From positions 262,735 through 326,734 of the forward strand of contig CANOTO010000001.1 in NCBI GenBank assembly GCA_947570215.1: a stretch of DNA of 64,000 bases, in the 5' to 3' direction. This stretch comes from an uncultured Clostridia bacterium. GTDB taxonomy: Bacteria > Bacillota > Clostridia > Christensenellales > CAG-314. Below, in pieces: positions 1 to 7,620 of the stretch. The notes under the pieces are model-generated. The model searched no databases, was not told the DNA's origin, and was given only the letters and a program-made list of their open reading frames with translations. Numbering within the stretch: the stretch's first letter is position 1; each line of letters begins with the position of its first letter. A program made the position numbers and the translations under genes.

Positions 1-52
1 GCGGTTGACACGACGCTTTTTGTGGGGGCACTTTGGAAAAGTTGACACGAAT

Positions 53-101
53 GGCAAAAAAGACGGCAACGAGATAGCTTACCGCTATCCATTGCCGTCT
101 T
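53..101 (-). terminator. Intrinsic terminator-like hairpin at the distal end of the RHS/orphan array
   Basis: Arms AAGACGGCAA (60-69) and TTGCCGTCTT (92-101). The A-run at 55-60 on + gives a U-run when read on the - strand, downstream of the last immunity ORF (177-410). Confidence 0.5.
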
Positions 102-134
102 TATTGTCCGCGCTTTCGGGAACTTTTCTTAGCT
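92..134. repeat. 43-bp direct repeat, copy A (distal boundary of the RHS island)
   Basis: TTGCCGTCTTTATTGTCCGCGCTTTCGGGAACTTTTCTTAGCT matches 7662-7704 with 3 mismatches, aligned by eye. Confidence 0.8.
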
Positions 135-176
135 TTATTTATTTTTCTATTCGGTTTATAAACTTTAATGTGATTG

Positions 177-410
177 CTACATTTCTCCGCGTCTTTCAAG
201 CAATACAAGTAATTTACTAATAATACTGTCCGCTTCTCTTCCCAAATCGTCAATATCACCTGTAACAACATCAAAGCCTATTAAATTACCTAACAAATCG
301 GTTAATTTTAGGATTTCCGTCTTAGATAATTTTGCTATTGAATCGCTTGATTTATAGTTACACTTACTAACTTTATTTATTAGTTCTATTTCCCTTTCTG
401 ATAATATCAT
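177..410 (-). CDS. Small protein; candidate immunity protein for orphan toxin tip 2
   Basis: 77-aa ORF whose ATG directly abuts the stop of the orphan tip ORF (411). It is AT-rich like the other cassette genes. No family recognised. Confidence 0.55.
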   Translation of the reverse strand: MILSEREIELINKVSKCNYKSSDSIAKLSKTEILKLTDLLGNLIGFDVVTGDIDDLGREADSIISKLLVLLERRGEM

Positions 411-878
411 TTAATATCTCCAAAATTTGGACCTTCTTGCCCAAGTTGAAACCACTTTGCCCTGTTGATTAAGTATAGTTACAGAATTCATACCACTAAA
501 TCTATACGTGTTTCTTGATACATCATATATAACTTCCGTGGGATTTCTCACTGCATCCAATATTTCTTGGGGGCTTACTCCGTGTCCATCTCTAAAAATT
601 GCTTGTTCTAATCCATGCTGAGTATATCCCGTAATATTATCCGGAGTTTGGTTTGCAACAGTACTTGAGTTTTGAGTCACTTCGTTAGTTAATTCCGCCG
701 TATTAACAGCTCTGCTTCTGCACAGGTACTTGATTGCGTTTATACTTGACGATATAAATAGAAATGCCGACGTGAAAAGGAATGCGTCTAATACCGCGTT
801 GCCTAACCCTTCCCACGTTAACGCTTGCTGCGTTAGTAATGATTCAAGCAGGTATCCGTCTATTCCGAAACCTATTCC
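411..878 (-). CDS. Orphan RHS C-terminal cassette 2 (pre-toxin helix + ~85-aa toxin tip); no ATG/RBS at its 5' end
   Basis: The frame is open from the TAG at 879-881 down to the stop at 411-413. It translates to GIGFGIDGYLLESLLTQQALTWEGLGNAVLDAFLFTSAFLFISSSINAIKYLCRSRAVNTAELTNEVTQNSS... This parallels RHS residues ...SLTMDGAVNAAMDAFLLSSIFVFITAGVNAIKYLCRSKPVTTAELANEVTQN. The ORF-track call 411..680 starts at an internal GTG. Confidence 0.7.
   Translation of the reverse strand, partial: GIGFGIDGYLLESLLTQQALTWEGLGNAVLDAFLFTSAFLFISSSINAIKYLCRSRAVNTAELTNEVTQNSSTVANQTPDNITGYTQHGLEQAIFRDGHGVSPQEILDAVRNPTEVIYDVSRNTYRFSGMNSVTILNQQGKVVSTWARRSKFWRY
766..839. repeat. 74-bp near-identical segment shared by the two orphan cassettes (copy in orphan 2)
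   Basis: GCCGACGTGAAAAGGAATGCGTCTAATACCGCGTTGCCTAACCCTTCCCACGTTAACGCTTGCTGCGT[T/C]AGTAA matches 2133-2206 with 1 mismatch. It encodes ...LLTQQALTWEGLGNAVLDAFLFTSA on the - strand. Confidence 0.85.
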
Positions 879-904
879 CTATACCAATTCCACTTACACT
901 AAAG

Positions 905-1285
905 TTAGCCAAATTGTTCTACTATTGTTTGCTCTTTCGTTTGTTCGTCGTAGAAATAATAATACGTGTGACAATCATCGCCCTTGACTTTTTCTTGATG
1001 ACTGAATACTAACGGTTTACCGTTTACAATTGGCCACTCCGGTGATTGCACCCAACGCGGATATGTTTTGTCATACTTGAACAATGCTTTAACTTTTTCT
1101 TTGCCAAACTTTATTTGTTGCGTTTTAGAAAGATTATTCGGTATTTCTTCTATAACTTTCTGAAAAACGTCATCGTTATTTATATCCAACCAAGTAACTG
1201 TAAACACTTCATCACGTTGTTTTATCTCACACAATTTTTTGTCTGCTTCTTTTTGTGAAATATAATAAATTTTATTTTCGTGCAT
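905..1285 (-). CDS. Hypothetical 126-aa protein in the orphan array; possible stray immunity gene
   Basis: ATG preceded by GGAGATTATCATT. The C-terminal ...YPRWVQSPEWPIVNGKPLVFSHQ... faintly recalls YwqG/DUF1963-type proteins seen in toxin loci. Function is inferred only from position. Confidence 0.5.
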   Translation of the reverse strand: MHENKIYYISQKEADKKLCEIKQRDEVFTVTWLDINNDDVFQKVIEEIPNNLSKTQQIKFGKEKVKALFKYDKTYPRWVQSPEWPIVNGKPLVFSHQEKVKGDDCHTYYYFYDEQTKEQTIVEQFG

Positions 1286-1409
1286 AATGATAATCTCCGA
1301 TTTATCTTATTATCTTATAAAAAGTTGCGTAATGGTCTCTCGTTAAATATACAGCATATCGATCACTTACAACAAATCTCGTACCGTCTCTCCCAATTCC
1401 TTCTATTGT

Positions 1410-1715
1410 TTATAAATTTACTTCCCAGTATGCATAGACTCCCATAGATATTTCCGTTGATGCAAATTTATATCCGCATTCTGTTTCGTATATATTTAAC
1501 AAATGCAACTGATGATAATGTCCATCATACCCAAAGCATATTTCATTTAGAAGTTTCGAATTCTTAGTTTTATATCCATTTATACGAAAATCATCATTAT
1601 GACTTATTCCTATAAATTTCGTATTATAGGCGACAAAATGTCTATCAAAGTTTTTGATTATTTGCGTTGCACGTTCTAAAAGCATTATTTCCCTTTTCGA
1701 CTCATACTCCACCAT
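1410..1715 (-). CDS. Candidate immunity protein for the TNT-like orphan tip
   Basis: 101-aa ORF that starts 15 bp after the stop of the TNT-like cassette. An in-frame TAA is followed by 35 further sense codons (1305-1409). Confidence 0.55.
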   Translation of the reverse strand: MVEYESKREIMLLERATQIIKNFDRHFVAYNTKFIGISHNDDFRINGYKTKNSKLLNEICFGYDGHYHQLHLLNIYETECGYKFASTEISMGVYAYWEVNL

Positions 1716-1729
1716 GATTTATACTCCTT

Positions 1730-2266
1730 CTAATAAATTAAATATCCTGCAATTTTTAACATATCAATCGGTTGCGGTAGCATATATTGTATTCCGCCAC
1801 CAACACCATTCCAAGGTGCCCACGCTGCAACCGTTGACTGAACAACGCCTTCAATCGGCTTAAGTACACGTATCTTTATATAAACACCGTCGTTCCAAGG
1901 TGGTAAAGACAGTTGCGATGCACTTGCTCCCGATTGAGTTATATAGTTACTTTGGCTACTTATTGTTCCATAACGCCCGTATGTTCCTGGCTGTAATGTT
2001 ATTGTCTGTTCTGTACCAACAACAGCTCCGTTATTCGGCGGATATATCTGTTGATCAAGAACAACAGTACTAACAGATTTGCTTCTGCACAAGTACTTTA
2101 TTGCGTTAATGCCGGAAGATATGAAAAGGAACGCCGACGTGAAAAGGAATGCGTCTAATACCGCGTTGCCTAACCCTTCCCACGTTAACGCTTGCTGCGT
2201 CAGTAACGAGCTTAAAAGGTGTCCTGCTACTCTGTTACTTATACCATCGCCAGTTTTATTGCATTC
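1730..2266 (-). CDS. Orphan RHS C-terminal cassette 1: pre-toxin helix + TNT-like (NAD+ glycohydrolase family) toxin tip
   Basis: The frame is open from the TAA at 2267-2269. It translates to ECNKTGDGISNRVAGHLLSSLLTQQALTWEGLGNAVLDAFLFTSAFLFISSGINAIKYLCRSKSVSTVV... The tip carries GTYGRYG...LSLPPW...YIKIRVLKPIEG...WAPWNGVGGGIQYMLP, which matches the TNT-domain pattern (RyG, sLP, VlKP, PWfgqpGGGxQY). No RBS/ATG at the 5' end. Confidence 0.7.
   Translation of the reverse strand, partial: ECNKTGDGISNRVAGHLLSSLLTQQALTWEGLGNAVLDAFLFTSAFLFISSGINAIKYLCRSKSVSTVVLDQQIYPPNNGAVVGTEQTITLQPGTYGRYGTISSQSNYITQSGASASQLSLPPWNDGVYIKIRVLKPIEGVVQSTVAAWAPWNGVGGGIQYMLPQPIDMLKIAGYLIY
2133..2206. repeat. 74-bp near-identical segment shared by the two orphan cassettes (copy in orphan 1)
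   Basis: See 766-839. Confidence 0.85.
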
Positions 2267-2303
2267 TTAGATGATTTTTATCAAATTCTTTGTTTTATAT
2301 TTG

Positions 2304-2663
2304 TTAAAGCTGACAATCTATTCTAAGACAAATTATTTCAAGAAAATCTCCATTTCTTACTTCTCTTGGAAAAGCTTCGTCTATTTCAATATTAAACCCG
2401 AAAACTTTGACGATCTTTTGATCTATGTCTACTACTCTACCTATAATTTTGTACTCATAATAGCCGTCTAATTTAGATATCAGCATATTTTTAGTGTCAA
2501 TTTTTTTGATGTTCCTGATGAAACAGGATATCAATCTAAAATTGGAACAACCAATATTTATTTTCGAAGTTGCCATACATAACAACTGATGTTCTCCGTC
2601 TGTTACTTTCACATCATACTCAAATCCAGCACCATCATAATCCGTAATCTCAGCTACATACAT
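2304..2663 (-). CDS. Candidate cognate immunity protein of the resident RHS toxin tip
   Basis: 119-aa ORF that starts 16 bp downstream of the RHS stop on the same strand. It is AT-rich. No family recognised. Confidence 0.6.
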   Translation of the reverse strand: MYVAEITDYDGAGFEYDVKVTDGEHQLLCMATSKINIGCSNFRLISCFIRNIKKIDTKNMLISKLDGYYEYKIIGRVVDIDQKIVKVFGFNIEIDEAFPREVRNGDFLEIICLRIDCQL

Positions 2664-2678
2664 ATAAATTATACTCTC

Positions 2679-5600
2679 CTATAATACTCTTGGAAAATAC
2701 GTCGTAATATACAATCCGTTTCTTTCTAAGCCAACGAAATGATACAGCTTTTTGCCTTTTGAAGTTACCCTAAAAAACATTGCATATCCGTTCATTTCAG
2801 ACACATACGTACCATTATTTATTACATAATTCGCGCCCTGCAGATATTCTTGCGAGTTACTATACATTCCCTTAAATTGACTTCCGTGTTTTGCAAAATG
2901 TTCTTCTAATTTGACTTGTGACTCAAACTCTAAATACTTGTTTTGCGTTACTTCGTTAGCCAATTCCGCCGTAGTAACAGGTTTGCTTCTGCAAAGATAC
3001 TTTATTGCGTTTACACCTGCAGTAATGAACACAAATATCGACGACAATAAGAATGCATCCATTGCTGCGTTTACTGCGCCGTCCATTGTTAATGACCGAC
3101 GATTTAATAACGATGTTACCGCCCACATTGCCAAGCCAAAGCCAACGCCTAACACCATTTCCGTTAATATTGCCACGACGGAACCATGCGACATGATTGT
3201 TATGCCGACCGCCAACATTAACACCAAAGTTCCCCAGACCAGTTTTGATTCGGCAGGCAGCTTATTAAACCTACGCACCCATTGAGCTATCTTCATCTCT
3301 ACCTTGGTTAGCCAAGTGTATTTTGGTGTATAAGTCGTATCTGCCGCCAGCTCACAAGTGGTATATATATTGTGCGGATTACCCGCCAATTCAAGTATAT
3401 TGTCGCACAATAAGCCTGTTCTGTCAAGCCTGCGCGCTGTGAAGACGTCGCTGAAAATGCTTTCGATAGGGGCTGCATCTATATACGATACCGTAGCAGG
3501 ATCGTAAAAACTGCCGTTGGCGTAATACAAACCCGTATCCGTATCGTAGTAAAAGCCTTTCCATCTAAACGGATTGATATTACCAATCGACGTTGGGTCG
3601 GTATCTATCTCGTTATCTGCGTTGTAAACGGTGCAATTACCGAAAATATCGTATTCGTAACGGGCGACTATACGGTCTGTAAGCGAATCTATAAGCATAA
3701 TTACATTGCCTTGACTGTCTAAGACATACTCGTAATCGACATCGTTGTAACTTACAAAATTTAAGCCTGTTAAATCATACATAAACCTTAATGCATAACT
3801 ATTGCCGCCGTAAATATCTACGCCGAGAATTTTGTTACCGTCCAAAAGGAATTTCGCGGTTGATCCGTTATTTATTTTCTTGCATAAAACGCCGTTTTGA
3901 TTGTAGGAATAATGTATGCTTCCGGCTTGAATCAGCTGTCCGCCGCGGGCGTATTTATATTCCGTTACAAGCAAATCGTTGTGGCCATTCCGCTTTTCTA
4001 TTCTGTTGCCGTAGGTGTCGTACTTGTATGTATAATCGCCTACGCGGGACATTTGTCCCAAGGAATTGTAATTAAAATCAATATCTTTTCCTTTGATAGT
4101 TGCGTGCGATATTCGTCCGTCGTCATTGTATCTTACATGCTGAGTACTAACGACTCCGTTTTTGTTAACTTCAACGTCTGTTAGCCGTTCCAAGCTGTCA
4201 TAGTTAAACGAAGATTTGACAGTTTGGTTCAACTCCCATTCCTGTTCTTCATGATTTTTCTGTCCTACCCACAATTTTGACGACTTCAATTTGCCGTCGT
4301 TATAGTAATCTAACTCGTCAACTGTTTTAACCAACTGCTTGTATGCGGGCGAAAAAGAACGGTCTCCATATTCGAACAGGACACACTGCAAACGGCTCTT
4401 TCCTGCCAAATCAACATAATCATAATTCGTTGTCGTGTGATGGCAGTATTTCGCCGATAAACGTCCGAATTCATCATAAGAATATTTAAGCGGATTATAA
4501 TGCGACCAAAGGTCATCTGTTACTTCACTATATTTACGGTGTAATTTCGTTTCTACTACTCGCGGAGACAAGATTTTTTCGGAGTCGTCTGTTATCTCGG
4601 TCATATATTCAATTCCAAGACCGAAACTATACTTCGTTACGTTGTCGGATATCTTCTGGACTTTGACATTTTCCGTTCCGTCGCCGTTCTTTTCTTCCCA
4701 GCGCATAAGTTCGCCGTCGTCGTTATAATAGTAGTCGGTAATTGTGCCGTTATCGTTATCGGTATGTGTTGTAAGAAGCGCTGTAAAAACGCTTTCATTC
4801 GGGCTGTCATATACGTACGTATTTCGGACTTCGCCGCCCTGCGCATTCTTGTGAGTCACGGCATTTATCTTGCCGTATTTGGTAAGCTCGGTCGTTACGC
4901 TGTCCTTTACCGCGTTATCTTCGTAAAATTCGCTGCGGTGTTTTTGGCTTATATAGCTGCCGCGGTCGTTTTCAACACTGTCACGCTGAATAAGTTTTTC
5001 CGCGCCTGCTTTATCGAACTGCGTATACTCTACCGTATTGTGTGCAAGGTTGTACTTTACGCCGTACTTGGCGAGCCCGTCCGAGACGGTACGTATACGC
5101 CCCTGCTCGTAGGTTGCGTCTCGGCGAGATAATTGTTTGCCGTTGTTATATTCGGTAACGGCAAGCGTATTATTACGGAAAACGCCGTAACTGTTAGTAA
5201 CGTTGTGCGAAGTAGACTGGAAACCGCCGTTTACAACCTTGCCTTCCGTAACCGTGCCAACTTGGTCGTATTCGGTATAGTCAACCGATTGCCCCGTTAC
5301 ACCGACGTGAGATCGCAGCAATCGTCCTTCGTCGTCGTACCGATAATACGTTACCGAACCGACCGTTCCGCGCGAACCTACGAGTTCGGCTTTTGTCAAG
5401 TCGCCGTAGTCGTTGTATTCGTAATTTTTACTTACACCGTATTCGTCCGTTTCTTTGAGCGTTTTTCCATAGTAATCTATTTCGACAGTGGCGGATGAGC
5501 TGACGCCTTCGCGGCAACCTACGGTTTCTACCGTAATACTTCGCGGTCCGTACTTATACGTTGTGGTTATTTCCGTTTTACCGTCCGGCATATACATCTT

Positions 5601-7535
5601 CACGGAAGGACTGAACGACGGTTCGTACTTAACGCCGTTGTCATCAAACGCTATTTGTTCGACGTTAGGTATCCGTTTCGTACCATTATTGCAAACCAAG
5701 TCGAACAAGCGATGATAGCTTATAGAATATGTTTTTGTAACACGATTTCTTACAGAAGCAAGTACGTCGCTTTCCGTAAAGTAAATTTGCTCGTCTAATA
5801 CGCATTCTTTTGTATCACAGGATGCGTCTTCCCGAACTGTCGTCAACGTAAACTTGCTCAATTGCGACATCGGGGCAGCTAATATGTAATATAATTCCGT
5901 ATAGGGCGCGGGAGCGAAACCTATTTCGCTAAACTCGTACGCGCCCGTATAAGGCTGATTGTTGTTTAGTAATTGGACTTTCAAATAGGACAGCGTGTCC
6001 GTTTTAGTGTCGTCGCGTTTCTTGAGCGGAGCGTAAATAGACAAGGACACCCTTTGCCAAGCGTTTGCCGCCTTGCCGTCTAAAAGCGTTACGCTCGTCT
6101 GCTCGCTTGCTGTTGAAAACTTATAGACAATCTTTGCCTGCATATACTTTGACTTTGCCGATGCGGGAAGCTTGAGCCAGAAAGAATAGTCGAACGTGCG
6201 CAAGCCTTGTTCTTTATCGCTGCGGGTTACTTCGAATTTTGCATTATCGAGTACAGTATAAATTCCGTTAACGGTAAAGGCTGTTTCTTGGTTGATTCTC
6301 GCGGTAGATACTCCGCCCATATCAATACCCGTAGTCTTTGCTCCTTGTTTTTCTAACGTATACAGTTTATTAGATATCTTTTCGAATGAGCTTACAACGC
6401 AGGCGTCGCGGTTGATGAAGTACGCAAGCTTTATACCGTCGTGATTAGTTACGTGCGTTTCGGAAGATACAAGCGTATCTCCGCCGTTGTAATTGTAGGT
6501 GTACGAATTGCTCGACTTGGTTATAAATTCCGCCTGGGCAGGCGCGCCGCAGTACAGCCCGATACCGCAAGCAAGATAGTTGCCGTCGGCGTCCGTCATG
6601 CCCATTCCTACCGAGTGGCTCTTGATAACGCCCTGCTCTACCTTAGATATCTTGCCGCCGTCATACGTAAACCTGTACGCCGACTTGGTTTCAAGGTCGG
6701 TTGCCTGCGTTAACAGCCCGTTGGCGTACTCAAAGCCGAGCGACGGCGTTACAAGGCACTGCGCACCCTTGCGGTTGTACGCAACCCTGTCTGCTTGAAT
6801 AAGACTGCCGTTTGCATCGTATCGGTAGTTTACGCTTGAAAGTATTTTACCGGCGTACGCCGTTGCGGATGATAGGCGACCAACTTCGTCATAACCGAAC
6901 TCGATATATGCTCCGATATGATAGATTGTATGCGAAACTTGCTTTCTCATACGGTAATCGTACGCTTTTACTAAGCGGTTTCGCTCGTCGTATTCGTACG
7001 ACTTCATCATAGTATTTTTATGACACGACACTGTTTTGTTCACTCTGCCCTGTCTGTTGAAATATATACGGTTGCCTGCGCCGTCTTCTATGTAAATGCT
7101 ATCAAAAGTACTATCTCCGCTTACGTTAAGAGTAACTTTGGCATTACGTTCGTCGTAATAACGCCCGTCGGCATACTTTACAAAACGGTGTACTTCGCCC
7201 GATTCGTCCATATACAATACGGTAGAACCGTCCGTTTGCAGCAAATACTGCGCCACGTTAAGCTTCCAGCCGCCTGCAAGCTCGGGGAATTGCTTGACAA
7301 ACGCCGAAAAATGTTGACTTAGGTAGACGTGCCCTACGTTAACGGCAAAGTTGCCGTAGCCTACGCTTAAATCGTCAAACGAATAACGCAGCCTGCCCGT
7401 AGCAAGGTTGACGGCAGGGTTGTCGCCCATATCCGCTTGCGAATAGTCGGTAGTCGCCATCTTGCTTGTTCCGCCACCGAAAAAATCTTCGTACGAACCG
7501 TGTACGGCTTGTAATTTGTTTAATTCTTTATACAT
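2679..7535 (-). CDS. RHS/YD-repeat polymorphic toxin (1618 aa) with a C-terminal swappable toxin tip
   Basis: Many YD repeats are visible (YEYDERNRL, YRYDANGSL, YEYNDYGDL, YRYDDEGRL, YSYDEFGRL, YKYDTYGNR). The RHS-associated core ends ...YEYDIFGN...NPFRWKGFYYDTDTGLYYANGSFYDPATVSYID. Hydrophobic helices follow, then the tip with EEHFAKHGSQFKG...TTYFPRVL. RBS AAGGAGAAATT precedes the ATG. Confidence 0.9.
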   Translation of the reverse strand: MYKELNKLQAVHGSYEDFFGGGTSKMATTDYSQADMGDNPAVNLATGRLRYSFDDLSVGYGNFAVNVGHVYLSQHFSAFVKQFPELAGGWKLNVAQYLLQTDGSTVLYMDESGEVHRFVKYADGRYYDERNAKVTLNVSGDSTFDSIYIEDGAGNRIYFNRQGRVNKTVSCHKNTMMKSYEYDERNRLVKAYDYRMRKQVSHTIYHIGAYIEFGYDEVGRLSSATAYAGKILSSVNYRYDANGSLIQADRVAYNRKGAQCLVTPSLGFEYANGLLTQATDLETKSAYRFTYDGGKISKVEQGVIKSHSVGMGMTDADGNYLACGIGLYCGAPAQAEFITKSSNSYTYNYNGGDTLVSSETHVTNHDGIKLAYFINRDACVVSSFEKISNKLYTLEKQGAKTTGIDMGGVSTARINQETAFTVNGIYTVLDNAKFEVTRSDKEQGLRTFDYSFWLKLPASAKSKYMQAKIVYKFSTASEQTSVTLLDGKAANAWQRVSLSIYAPLKKRDDTKTDTLSYLKVQLLNNNQPYTGAYEFSEIGFAPAPYTELYYILAAPMSQLSKFTLTTVREDASCDTKECVLDEQIYFTESDVLASVRNRVTKTYSISYHRLFDLVCNNGTKRIPNVEQIAFDDNGVKYEPSFSPSVKMYMPDGKTEITTTYKYGPRSITVETVGCREGVSSSATVEIDYYGKTLKETDEYGVSKNYEYNDYGDLTKAELVGSRGTVGSVTYYRYDDEGRLLRSHVGVTGQSVDYTEYDQVGTVTEGKVVNGGFQSTSHNVTNSYGVFRNNTLAVTEYNNGKQLSRRDATYEQGRIRTVSDGLAKYGVKYNLAHNTVEYTQFDKAGAEKLIQRDSVENDRGSYISQKHRSEFYEDNAVKDSVTTELTKYGKINAVTHKNAQGGEVRNTYVYDSPNESVFTALLTTHTDNDNGTITDYYYNDDGELMRWEEKNGDGTENVKVQKISDNVTKYSFGLGIEYMTEITDDSEKILSPRVVETKLHRKYSEVTDDLWSHYNPLKYSYDEFGRLSAKYCHHTTTNYDYVDLAGKSRLQCVLFEYGDRSFSPAYKQLVKTVDELDYYNDGKLKSSKLWVGQKNHEEQEWELNQTVKSSFNYDSLERLTDVEVNKNGVVSTQHVRYNDDGRISHATIKGKDIDFNYNSLGQMSRVGDYTYKYDTYGNRIEKRNGHNDLLVTEYKYARGGQLIQAGSIHYSYNQNGVLCKKINNGSTAKFLLDGNKILGVDIYGGNSYALRFMYDLTGLNFVSYNDVDYEYVLDSQGNVIMLIDSLTDRIVARYEYDIFGNCTVYNADNEIDTDPTSIGNINPFRWKGFYYDTDTGLYYANGSFYDPATVSYIDAAPIESIFSDVFTARRLDRTGLLCDNILELAGNPHNIYTTCELAADTTYTPKYTWLTKVEMKIAQWVRRFNKLPAESKLVWGTLVLMLAVGITIMSHGSVVAILTEMVLGVGFGLAMWAVTSLLNRRSLTMDGAVNAAMDAFLLSSIFVFITAGVNAIKYLCRSKPVTTAELANEVTQNKYLEFESQVKLEEHFAKHGSQFKGMYSNSQEYLQGANYVINNGTYVSEMNGYAMFFRVTSKGKKLYHFVGLERNGLYITTYFPRVL

Positions 7536-7572
7536 AATTTCTCCTTGTTTTTTTGTTACGTTCCGTCAGCCG

Positions 7573-7613
7573 AAATTAAAACGTTTTAGCTGCGCGCCGC
7601 TAAACGCGTTTTT
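7573..7613 (-). terminator. Terminator-like hairpin T2 between the Com-like gene and the RHS start
   Basis: Arms AACGTTTTAGC (7580-7590) and GCTAAACGCGTT (7599-7610). On the - strand the hairpin is followed by UUUUAAUUU. Confidence 0.5.
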
Positions 7614-7620
7614 ACCCAAG

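Noticed and set aside
5-220. 71-aa + strand ORF at the window start.
   Set aside because: It crosses a terminator hairpin and the 43-bp repeat, has no RBS, and overlaps the immunity ORF on the other strand.
2911-7322. Many + strand ORFs of 60-125 aa in the ORF track inside the RHS gene (for example 2911-3285, 4764-5132, 5133-5498, 7020-7322).
   Set aside because: They are antisense shadows of a 4.9-kb gene with clear YD-repeat coding signal. They lack RBSs and have Arg/Cys-rich or low-complexity composition.
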